From the NCBI RefSeq assembly GCF_001194135.2, contig NC_068984.1, forward strand, positions 4,227,210-4,291,209: a DNA stretch of 64,000 bases, written 5' to 3'. This DNA comes from Octopus bimaculoides. Its lineage: Eukaryota. The position numbers were made by a program, and so were the translations under genes. The notes beneath the pieces are model-generated. The model had not been told where the DNA came from. It searched no databases and saw only the letters and a program-made list of their open reading frames with translations. Numbering within the stretch: the first letter of the stretch is position 1; each line of letters opens with the position of its first letter. Positions 53,451-64,000 of the stretch are shown in pieces.

Positions 53451-55540
53451 NNNNNNCCTCTATTGATCTCATACTCAATCACCAATATATTGTTTTGAGA
53501 AGAAAAAGAAATATTTAAGTTTAGCTGGAAATATTTTTATTTTCAATAAACAATTTTTAAAAATCAAAATTGTATTTTATTGTTTTCTTAATGTGGCCAT
53601 GATGGAGCAACTCCCTCGTGGGTTTGAGTTGACCGTATCAACACCAGTAGTCATTTAGTAGGAAGCGAAAAAATAGTTTCACCGTTCCACAGCAAAACCG
53701 TTTTACTACACTTTGAGAATTTTTGATATCTTGGCATCTGAAGCAGCTGGAGATACAATAGTTTGACCAAAAGAACTGGCTATTGCAAGCAAAAATAAAT
53801 ATAGAAATAAACCCATTTGACCAAATATGGACATACGACAGTTTAACATAATAGCAATGATATATATATATCATCATCATCATTTCACAACCATATTCCA
53901 TGCTGGCATGAGTCGGATGGTTTGACAAGAAACCAGAGTGAGACAATGACTGCATTGCCTACTCCAGTGCCTACTTTGGCAAGGTTTCTACAGCTGGATG
54001 CCCTTCCTAATGCCAACCACTTTATAGAGTGTGGANNNNNNNNNNNNNNNNNNNNNNNNNNNNNNNNNNNNNNNNNNNNNNNNNNNNNNNNNNNNNNNNN
54101 NNNNNNNNNNNNNNNNNNNNNNNNNNNNNNNNNNNNNNNNNNNNNNNNNNNNNNNNNNNNNNNNNNNNNNNNNNNNNNNNNNNNNNNNNNNNNNNNNNNN
54201 NNNNNNNNNNNNNNNNNNNNNNNNNNNNNNNNNNNNNNNNNNNNNNNNNNNNNNNNNNNNNNNNNNNNNNNNNNNNNNNNNNNNNNNNNNNNNNNNNNNN
54301 NNNNNNNNNNNNNNNNNNNNNNNNNNNNNNNNNNNNNNNNNNNNNNNNNNNNNNNNNNNNNNNNNNNNNNNNNNNNNNNNNNNNNNNNNNNNNNNNNNNN
54401 NNNNNNNNNNNNNNNNNNNNNNNNNNNNNNNNNNNNNNNNNNNNNNNNNNNNNNNNNNNNTATTATGAGAATGGAACAAAAAAATATAGTTAAACAGAAT
54501 GAATGAAGAACTGTGGAAAATAGATGGAAGGAGGCTGGCTGAGGGGCGGGGGGGGGAACATCAAAGAAAGAAACAGAAGATGAACTGCAGAGGGAAGGAA
54601 AAGAAAGAGAAAACAACAGAGAATGTAGCCATTGAAATAAGTGTCTGTCTGTGTGTCCTAGTTTAATAAACCTCCACCCCCACCTCTGTCAGTCTTCCAT
54701 CACCTGGCCACCATTGGGACGGGGTATAGATGGAATCTGTCTCATAGTTAAATACCACATCCACCCTTGGTGGTGGCCTCCATTGGGTGTCTGGAGAGAA
54801 ATATAAGGGGAGAGGGGTAGATATAACCCCACCCCCCAGTTTAACATCAGCCACAACCATCACCTATATTTTGGGGACCTTCAGCAGAGTCTACTGTTTT
54901 AAGCTAGGGTGGGGGACCCTGGGAGGAGATGGTATAGTTGAAGCCCTTCATTTTGGGGGTTGAAATAAAAATAGAGAATGAAGGGAATAAATATAGGAAA
55001 GGGGACATGAAATGGGAAAGATCAGAATTGGGAGCTGGATTGATAGAAGAGAGAATAAAGGAAGGAGAGGGAGAGAGAGAGATGGGGGGAGAGGGAGTTG
55101 GAACTGGATGAACCGAGAAAAACTGAGAAATTATGAAATATAAAAAGAGAAGAAAATAGGAAATATTGTAGGGAAGAAGATAAAGAATGAAAGACGAGAA
55201 GGAAAAGAAAGAAATTGAAAATAAGAAATTATTGAAAGAAGAAAAATGAATAAATAAACAGAAAAAAAAAGAAAATTATTAGGGAAGAAGAAAAATATAA
55301 AAGAATAAAGAAGAAAGTGGATGAAAATGGTGATAAAATAAATAAATGAAAGAAACAGAGATGGAATGTGTGTGTGTGTGTTTATATATGCATGCATACA
55401 TATATGTATGTGTGTAAGTACATATATTTATGTATACATGTATGTATATATACACACACATATTCATATAAATGTGTATATGTATGTGTAAAATATCTGT
55501 TACATATATCTGAGTGTTTAAATAGCTGTATGTCTCTCTC

Positions 55541-55590
<50 letters not shown>

Positions 55591-56362
55591 ACACACACAC
55601 ACACACACACACACCGAGTATATATATACTGTTCGCAGATCTGTAATATATATGAGTGCTCAAATAGATGTATGTGTATGACTATACACATACATGTTTA
55701 TATCATAAACACACTCTCATACACATTATATTCTATAGATACACATGTTTTCTAAAGGTTTATTTGTTTATTGTATTACATACCCAGATGTATATATTTA
55801 TGTGATGTGTACTTGTATGTGTGAGACGTATGTATACACACTTGCACTTATATACACATAAGTGTATACACACGTATGAGTGTATATACATGTGTGTGTG
55901 TGTGTATGTGTAAACAAAAAGAAGGAAGTGAAAATAATGGAAAGAAAAGATGTTTTCTTTAATATTGAAAGGGGTGTTACAAGGGTGGGTATGAGGTAGT
56001 GTGTACTGAATAGAAGTAGGGTAGATTTGGGACGTAGGGTGGAAGATTTTGTTACCTTCAGCCTTCTTGTTTCTTGGTGCATTTCTGCTGATCAGGAGAC
56101 ATGAAAGCAAAAAGAAAGGGAAAAAAAAAGGCAGAAAATCTCTTCTTCTTGCTGCCCAGATGGTCTCCATACATTGCTGTGAGTGTAGACAAGTGCTCCA
56201 CACTGCTTCACTACTGACTTACCAACCCCCTCCCCACCTTCTACATTTTCTTTCCTTTCCCTGCCTCATTGATTCCATGTGTACATGGATGTATATCATA
56301 CATACATACATACATACATATATATTCATACGTATATTTATTAATATTTAGCAGAGTGACTC

Positions 56363-56488
56363 AAGGGCCGAGAGTTTTCGTGTGTTAGCACTTATGAAAC
56401 CGGTTACAAATCGAGGGGTCATAAATTTACAACTCCTTGGTGTGTGACCAGTTTTATAAGTGCTAACACACAACAACTATCGGCCCTT
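56363..56488. repeat. Imperfect 46-bp-arm inverted repeat / mini-MITE
   Basis: aagggccgagagttttcgtgtgttagcacttatgaaaccggttaca versus revcomp aagggccgatagttgttgtgtgttagcacttataaaactggtcaca, with a 34-nt spacer. Confidence 0.85.
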
Positions 56489-56659
56489 ATGCTTTGAGTT
56501 CTAATTTTCCTGTTTGCATCATCAAACTTGTATACACACACATCTGTCTATTTATCTATCTATCTATCTATCTATCTGTTGGAGTTTTAGCACATTAGCT
56601 ACTATTTCTGAACTTCGGTATGTGGTGAAGCAACTGATCCCTTAATTATGTTTATATCT

Positions 56660-56712
<53 letters not shown>

Positions 56713-56716
<4 letters not shown>

Positions 56717-57308
56717 GTTGTCTGGAAAGTACGTGCCGATTTTCCAAAAGGTTCTTTTCACTCAACTCATGTAGTACTCAAACATCGTAGCGATTTGTGT
56801 ACCCAACCTTTACCAGGTGCTCCATGAACGACGGATTTTGATAGGTTGAGGCTCTCTGCCAGTTCTCGGGTTGTGCAATGTGGGTTATTCTCAATTAATG
56901 ACTTGATTTGGTCATCATCCGTAGTGGATGGTCTGCCTGATCGCTCTTTATCAATAAGGCTACAATCTCCAGCTCGGAACCTTGCGAATCACTTCCGTAC
57001 AGTTCTTTTGGATAAAGAAACATCACCGTAAACTGCGCATATTTCTTTGGTTGCTTGTGAGGTATTTTTCCCTTTATGGAAAAAGAAAAGCATCAAGTGC
57101 CGAAAATGAACTTTATTATCTTCCATTTTAAAGGGTTACAGAATTAACAAAGGTTATAGGAATGTAAACCTTCTTCCACGAAAAGATAGCTTAAACTGTG
57201 CTCTAAATGGAGGTGTAGTGAAATCCTATTTTATTGACTCAACCATGTTCTAAAATAAGTCGTAAGGTAAGCTACTATAAATCGGCACAAACTTTCCAGA
57301 CAACCCAA
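56713..57308 (-). mobile_element. Mariner deletion derivative with near-perfect ~30-bp TIRs
   Basis: TA-ttgggttgtctggaaagtacgtgccgattt versus revcomp TA-ttgggttgtctggaaagtttgtgccgattt. Minus-strand remnant LIDKERSGRPSTTDDDQIKSLIENNPHCTTRELAESLNLSKS...VLHELSEKN. Both sides are (TA)n. Confidence 0.9.
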
Positions 57309-57332
57309 TATATATATATATATATATATATA

Positions 57333-57760
57333 TACGAGGGTGAGTCAAAAAGTAATGCCATTTTGTTTAGGACAGGTATAATTACCAACACAGGAACATG
57401 TATTTTACATCAAAATGAAGCTGGTCTTCTGTGGATCACATCCCTACTTCTCAACACCGTTTCTCTCAATAGCAATGTTCCACCTTCGAATGAGAACATA
57501 TATCCCTGTCCCGTAAAATTCTGTTGACTGTTCATTGAGTCATTTCTTCACTACAGTTTTCACTTCAGACTATCATCTCTTCGGCCCCATGTAAGAGGGT
57601 TTGAGAGGCAAACATTATTCCAGTGACGAGGAAGTGAAAACTGTAGTGAAGAAGTGGCTCAAAGAACAGTCAACAGAATTTTACTGGGCAGGGATACATA
57701 CTCTCATTTGAAGGTGGAACATTGCTACTGAGAGAAACAGGGACTAAGTTGAGAAGTAGG
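57333..57760 (+). mobile_element. Mariner deletion derivative (left TIR plus transposase C-terminus)
   Basis: TAcgagggtgagtcaaaaagtaatgcc TIR. LFGPM*EGLRGKHYSSDEEVKTVVKKWLKEQSTEFYWAGIHTLI*RW. Confidence 0.8.
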
Positions 57761-58914
57761 TTCTGTCTTTATGCTCTGCCAAGGTAGACTTTGCCTTTCA
57801 TCTCATTCAAGATCAATGAAATAAGTACCAGTTGAATCCTGGGGTCCATGTAAATGATTTACCTTCTCCCCCAAAATTGCAGGCCTTGTGCCAAAATTGA
57901 AATATTTTGGGGAAGCAACAGAGTGACTTAAGGTCCAAGGGTTTCATGCCTTGTCACTTGTTTTGATAAATGCCAATGCCACGAAACTCTTGGACCTAGA
58001 GTCACTTTTTTGCTTCTGCTAAATATTAATATATTCATATATATCCTCATGGAGGCAGTGTGGCTGATGCCGGTGCCACCTGACTGGCACCCAAGCCAGT
58101 GGCACATAAAAGCACCCATTACACTCTCAGAATGGTTGGTGTTAAGAAGGGCATCCAGCCGTAGAAGCCATGCCAAATCAGACAGGAGTCTGGTGTATCC
58201 CCTTCTCCAGCCTTGCCAGCTCCTGTCAAACCGTCCGACCCATGCCAGCATGGATAATGGACATTAAATGATGATGATGATGATGATATATATAATACAT
58301 ATATTCAAATGTATATAATAACAAACGAAAATCTGTGAATAAATTTTGTTTAATTCCTGGTGCACGTCACCAGAATTTTTGACTCGAGTTAAATGTAACA
58401 AACTACTCCAAATCGTTGTTAGAGTCTCCGCATAAGTGGAGTCTGCCGGACCAGCGAGTGTGTGCTGACATCAAGTTGTATAAGTTGTAAATATCACTGG
58501 TTTGAGTGCATTGTTACAACCGACATACATACGACCGAAACTGTCACAACGACGAGCGTTCCAGGTGATCCGATCAAAGGAACATGCAAGTGGCTGAGCA
58601 TTCCGCAGACACGTGTACCCTTAACGTAGTTCTCAGGGAGATTCAGCGTGACAAAGAGTGTGACAAGGCTGGTCACTTAAAATACAGGTAAAACTCGTTT
58701 TTGCCAGCTGAGTGGATTAGAGCAACGTGAAATAAAGTGTCTTGCTCAAGGACACAACATGCCACTGGGAATCGAACTCACATACGATCGATCGTAAGCT
58801 GAATACCCCCAACCACGATGTTGTTGCTAAAACAATTTACAAGGCAATCTGCAAAAAAACGACTGTCCTGAAATAAACTTAGAAAATCCCTCTGTTATGG
58901 AATACATTCATAAA

Positions 58915-59400
58915 CACCAACTCAAGGAATAGTGGTGGAATGTTCCTATCAAAACTTCTGTCAAATGTAAGCATAACAGGCCAGATATTGTAGGTTTGGG
59001 ACAGAGGGGCAAAGGTATGTACCATCATAGAGGTCAGCTGCCCTGCAGATATAAATATCTCTTTGAAAATCAAAGAAAAAAGAGGATATCTATGGACAAC
59101 CGCTTCGAAGCCTTCAGCTTCTATAACCAGACTATGAATTCATATTCATACCAATAATAATTGGAGCGCTAGGTTTTGTTAGTAAATGCTTAAAGGAAAA
59201 TCTGGATAAACTGGGATTTTCAGAAAGAGAAATTGACTGGCTAATTCGTGCATTACAAGTTCAATCTGTGAGTGGAACAGTAAAAATATGCAAGAATTTT
59301 CTCAAGTTCCAAATGGGAATTTGTCTGTGTTAGCTACATCCCAAAGATGGAGCCTTGTGTCTTTGTTGGAAACCAGCTCCCTCCTCAGTGGAAGATTTAT
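58915..59400 (+). mobile_element. 3' end of an RLE-bearing non-LTR retrotransposon (R4/HERO/NeSL-like), copy 1
   Basis: WWNVPIKTSVKCKHNRPDIV.WDRGAKVCTIIEVSCPAD..IIIGALG, a PD-(D/E)xK restriction-like endonuclease, followed by a short 3'UTR. Confidence 0.85.
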
Positions 59401-60249
59401 AATAATTATAAAAAATAGGAGACATACATACATGTATGCATGCATGCATACATACATATACACACATATGCACACATATTGGTCGATTTTGATGAGGAAA
59501 ATTGTGTAGTTCAATCATCCGAATTCTCTGTTCATTGACTTTACATACAAGTGGTTGAGTATTCCACAGGCATGTTTTCCCTTGATGAAATTCTCACTTA
59601 GAATCAGTGTGACAAGGGTGTACCTTGGAATCATAATCCAACTGACGGGATTCTATACAGTTTCCGTCAACCTGGTATCAATGACAAGGTATAGGTTGAC
59701 TCAAAGCTATAGAAAATAATATTTGACAAAGATACCACGCGGAAGGGTGGAACCAGAGATTTCTTGGCTGCAAAGTGAACTTCTTAACCATTTGACCACA
59801 CCACGCCCCACTACACACACACACACACACACACATACGCATACACACACACACACACACACACATACACACACATATACACACATACACACATATACAT
59901 ACATACACACACATACACACACGCACAGTCACGTGTATATGTTGAGCGTATTTGCATGTAGTCTCACCTTCAAATTAGGTTCTGAGGTGAAACCGTATGA
60001 ATTTCGGCAGCTGCGAACGAGATTCGAACCGACTTGATCAGAGACCACTTACTTTTTCCTACTGTGTTATAGAAAAGCGAAACAACCGAGAACTACTTAA
60101 AAATAATTTGGACAACATTTTGTGGCACAACTTTATTGCCATCTATTACGACATCTTGCTGCACTTACTTAGTAAATATCGAAGTGATAAGGTTAGAGGG
60201 AATTTTCAAGCAACAATAGATTGATTGATAAGTAAGGAGAACAATTAAA

Positions 60250-60880
60250 ACATGTAAGACATTTCAAAAGTCTGGCATGTACTCCTCCACCGTTGCTATG
60301 ATCTAAATTCCGGCGATGGGCCCTTGTCTCTGGATAAGAAAGCAGTTCTTTCTTACTAGAAAGAAATCAAAACTGTAAAGAAAGCAAAATAATGCATTTA
60401 GACAAGGAATACTGGAAGAAGATTCCCATCAAAACATCTGTCAAATGTGAACATAACAGGCCGGATATATTTGTTTTATAACAGACAAGAAAAAGCATGT
60501 ACCATCATAGAGGTTAGCTGTCCTGCTGATGTGAATATCTTTTTGGAAATCAAAGAAGATAACTATGGACAACTGCTTCGAAAACTCAAGCTTCTATATC
60601 CGGATTATGAATTCACATTTAAACCAATAATAATTGGTACATTTGGTTTTGTAAGTAAATGCCTAACTGTCGGTCTGGGTGAGCTTGGATTTTCAGAAAA
60701 AGAAATCAACCAACCGACTCCTCACACATTATATTACAATCTGTAAGCGGGACAGTAAAACTCTGCAAGACTTTTCTCAAGTTTAAAATGTGACATTGTC
60801 ATCGTTATCTACATTCCAATGATGGGGGGTTGTGTCTTTGTAAGAAACTAGCTCCTTCTTCGGAAGAAGAATTAAAAATA
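60250..60880 (+). mobile_element. 3' end of the same RLE non-LTR family, copy 2
   Basis: HNRPDI..KACTIIEVSCPADVN..LYPDYEFTFKPIIIGTFG. 3'UTR homologous to copy 1 (ctacattccaatgatgg..ttgtgtctttgt..gaaactagctcc). Confidence 0.85.
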
Positions 60881-61993
60881 ATTGAAAACAGAAGAGAATA
60901 TATGCATACATGCAAACATATATACACGCACGCATGTCCTGACAGGTTTTACACGGAAAAGTGAAAACGAACAACATCGCTGTATGACGGGGATGCTCGT
61001 TAACAACCATCAAGTGACGTCAAGGAAAGACGCACAGTAATGCGTACGCGCACACACGCCTGTTCTTTCTACTATAGAGACAACCCCTCGAATTTTGAGG
61101 GTAAAGACTAGTCAGTTAGATCGACACCAGTGCACAACTGGTACTTATTCCCGACAGGATGGAAAGCAAAACCAGACTCAGAAGAATTTAAACACGTAAA
61201 ACCAGAAGAAATACCACTAAACATTTTCACCGGTGCCTTATCGATTCTGCCAGTAATTCGCCTTATATATANNNNNNNNNNNNNNNNNNNNNNNNNNNNN
61301 NNNNNNNNNNNNNNNNNNNNNNNNNNNNNNNNNNNNNNNNNNNNNNNNNNNNNNNNNNNNNNNNNNNNNNNNNNNNNNNNNNNNNNNNNNNNNNNNNNNN
61401 NNNNNNNNNNNNNNNNNNNNNNNNNNNNNNNNNNNNNNNNNNNNNNNNNNNNNNNNNNNNNNNNNNNNNNNNNNNNNNNNNNNNNNNNNNNNNNNNNNNN
61501 NNNNNNNNNNNNNNNNNNNNNNNNNNNNNNNNNNNNNNNNNNNNNNNNNNNNNNNNNNNNNNNNNNNNNNNNNNNNNNNNNNNNNNNNNNNNNNNNNNNN
61601 NNNNNNNNNNNNNNNNNNNNNNNNNNNNNNNNNNNNNNNNNNNNNNNNNNNNNNNNNNNNNNNNNNNNNNNNNNNNNNNNNNNNNNNNNNNNNNNNNNNN
61701 NNNNNNNNNNNNNNNTATATATATATATATATATATATTTGGGAATCAGGCCGACTCCATGAGTAAATTTAAAACATTCCAGGCTGAATCCGGACCCGCA
61801 ATCCGCAAATTTTGGATACCCAAGTTTTCATTACTGCGATTGTTTTCGGCGATTTTTTTACGTGACATTTTGCGATGATTTTTTTTTTTTTGTACGATAA
61901 CAATTTTTATAACTGGGGAAAATTTTTGGGAATAAGCGAAATTAATTGCGAAATCCAGCGATTATTTTCGGCGATCTTTTTGCTTGATTTTTT

Positions 61994-62091
61994 TGCGACG
62001 AATATGATCATCATTGGGATGTGACTCCGGAAGAAGCAACTGCAACAAATTCCCCAAAGCAAGTCAGAGATCTGTTTGCAGATCTTCTCAT
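61994..62091 (+). mobile_element. Probable Helitron Rep/helicase fragment
   Basis: DEYDHHWDVTPEEATATNSPKQVRDLFADLL resembles the Helitron segment D..HW..TL.EA.....P.QLR.LFA.IL. Short match recognised by eye. Confidence 0.55.
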
Positions 62092-62517
62092 TCAGGGTCA
62101 ACAACTTAAAAGCTATATATTAGCTTAAAAGCCGCTCTATAGCTAGTGTATATATATATATAGTACGGAAGAAATTAAGCTCCCGTGCTTGCATTAATAT
62201 GTTTATTCAGCATTATACAATACAATTTCAGTGCACTATTACACAATTGTATTGTATAATGCTGCGAAAATACATTAATTGCAAACATGGAATCATAATT
62301 TCTTCCATACTCAAATTAAAACAACATTAAGGTTGCGAAACGACCGTGCCTCACAAACCTCCTGTTTTATGGTCAAGCCAAGAACGACCCGTTTTTTTTT
62401 TTTTTTACCTGTCCTTCTAATCATTTCTCTTGTCCGCTTTTGTGTCGACTATCTGTCCGAACGTTCCAATGCCCTCTATTGCGTTTTTGTTCTCCCTCTC
62501 TCTCTCTCTCTATATAT

Positions 62518-63407
62518 NNNNNNNNNNNNNNNNNNNNNNNNNNNNNNNNNNNNNNNNNNNNNNNNNNNNNNNNNNNNNNNNNNNNNNNNNNNNNNNNNNN
62601 NNNNNNNNNNNNNNNNNNNNNNNNNNNNNNNNNNNNNNNNNNNNNNNNNNNNNNNNNNNNNNNNNNNNNNNNNNNNNNNNNNNNNNNNNNNNNNNNNNNN
62701 NNNNNNNNNNNNNNNNNNNNNNNNNNNNNNNNNNNNNNNNNNNNNNNNNNNNNNNNNNNNNNNNNNNNNNNNNNNNNNNNNNNNNNNNNNNNNNNNNNNN
62801 NNNNNNNNNNNNNNNNNNNNNNNNNNNNNNNNNNNNNNNNNNNNNNNNNNNNNNNNNNNNNNNNNNNNNNNNNNNNNNNNNNNNNNNNNNNNNNNNNNNN
62901 NNNNNNNNNNNNNNNNNNNNNNNNNNNNNNNNNNNNNNNNNNNNNNNNNNNNNNNNNNNNNNNNNNNNNNNNNNNNNNNNNNNNNNNNNNNNNNNNNNNN
63001 NNNNNNNNNNNNNNNNNNNNNNNNNNNNNNNNNNNNNNNNNNNNNNNNNNNNNNNNNNNNNNNNNNNNNNNNNNNNNNNNNNNNNNNNNNNNNNNNNNNN
63101 NNNNNNNNNNNNNNNNNNNNNNNNNNNNNNNNNNNNNNNNNNNNNNNNNNNNNNNNNNNNNNNNNNNNNNNNNNNNNNNNNNNNNNNNNNNNNNNNNNNN
63201 NNNNNNNNNNNNNNNNNNNNNNNNNNNNNNNNNNNNNNNNNNNNNNNNNNNNNNNNNNNNNNNNNNNNNNNNNNNNNNNNNNNNNNNNNNNNNNNNNNNN
63301 NNNNNNNNNNNNNNNNNNNNNNNNNNNNNNNNNNNNNNNNNNNNNNNNNNNNNNNNNNNNNNNNNNNNNNNNNNNNNNNNNNNNNNNNNNNNNNNNNNNN
63401 NNNNNNN
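62518..63407. other. Assembly gap (largest). Other large gaps: 36187-36760, 37522-38196, 45155-45370, 54036-54460, 61272-61715
   Basis: Runs of N, mostly flanked by (TA)n. Confidence 0.99.
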
Positions 63408-63432
63408 TATATATATATATATATATAACCAT

Positions 63433-63469
<37 letters not shown>

Positions 63470-63566
63470 TCAAATAGAATAATCGAACACTAAAAATAAC
63501 AATAACAAATCAAAGAGAAGACGTGCACATGAAATATATTAATTTGACGCTTGGTAAAAAGAGAGT

Positions 63567-63604
63567 GATTTTAACGTTTCGAGCATAGCTCTTCATCAGA
63601 AAAG
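63567..63604 (-). ncRNA. Minimal type I hammerhead ribozyme motif (Penelope-type)
   Basis: Revcomp UUUU-CUGAUGA-a-GAGC-uau-GCUC-GAAA-CGU-U-AAAA has an intact core, stem II, palindromic ACGU stem III and a 4-bp stem I. Confidence 0.65.
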
Positions 63605-64000
63605 AAAACGGAGAAGTCCAGAAAAGGAAAAATATCACCAAGAGCACGTGTGTAATAAAACAGGGGTATGAGAGGTGAATATTATATTTAACATTCATCT
63701 CGATTTTTTCCCGTGCTAGACTAACGCCATGGTTTTCAAATAGAAGTAATCATGTGCCCTGAACCAGAAGGATTGCTTGGAGACACAAGGCACGTAATAT
63801 AAATCTGCCGGGGTATCGTGTTTCCATGACATATAACTACCAGGAGCTCTTATTTAAATACTGTGTGTATTACATGATATTTATCTCTTACTGGTTGGAG
63901 TATTTTCTGTTGATCCCACTAATAATGGAACTAGTAAAAAAACATATATATATATATACACATGCATATATATATATATGTTTTTTTACTAGTTCCATTA

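Noticed and set aside
56050-56110. Possible minus-strand micro-exon (gatcag|cagaaa...gctgaag|gtaaca)
   Set aside because: Not frame-symmetric and no recognisable peptide; chance splice-like motifs are frequent.
59985-60060. tRNA-like B box GGTTCGAATC on the minus strand
   Set aside because: No full cloverleaf or convincing A box; probably a decayed SINE head.
62400-62510. Possible minus-strand first exon or promoter (CpGs, ggacag|gtaaaa)
   Set aside because: Weak donor, truncated by a gap, with no downstream exons I can link to it.

Overview
Eukaryotic, AT-rich, repeat-dominated genomic DNA with many N gaps and microsatellites ((TA)n, (CA)n, (CAT)n, (TAGA)n). The SINE/RTE repeat repertoire looks like a coleoid cephalopod, probably Octopus; this is recognition from memory, not a database result. 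Only one host gene is solidly supported: the last two coding exons of SAMTOR/BMT2 (C7orf60, SAM sensor upstream of mTORC1) on the + strand (48830-48944 and 52057-52635). I could not find its 5' exons. The rest is mostly transposon debris: RTE LINEs, several mariner relics, a Penelope GIY-YIG fragment with hammerhead-like motifs, two RLE-type non-LTR 3' ends, a Helitron fragment, a Helentron-like short element, TTAA MITEs and four SINE/RTE-tail families. Nearly all long ORFs in the supplied track are microsatellite or N-gap artefacts. Best observations: a three-tier nested insertion (TTAA MITE < mariner < miniature Gypsy-like LTR element with intact PBS, PPT and TSD); a near-perfect 106-bp-arm hairpin in the last SAMTOR intron; and several hammerhead ribozyme-like motifs. 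I see no convincing evidence of a wholly new multi-gene system. Repeat boundaries are approximate unless a TSD or TIR is quoted.
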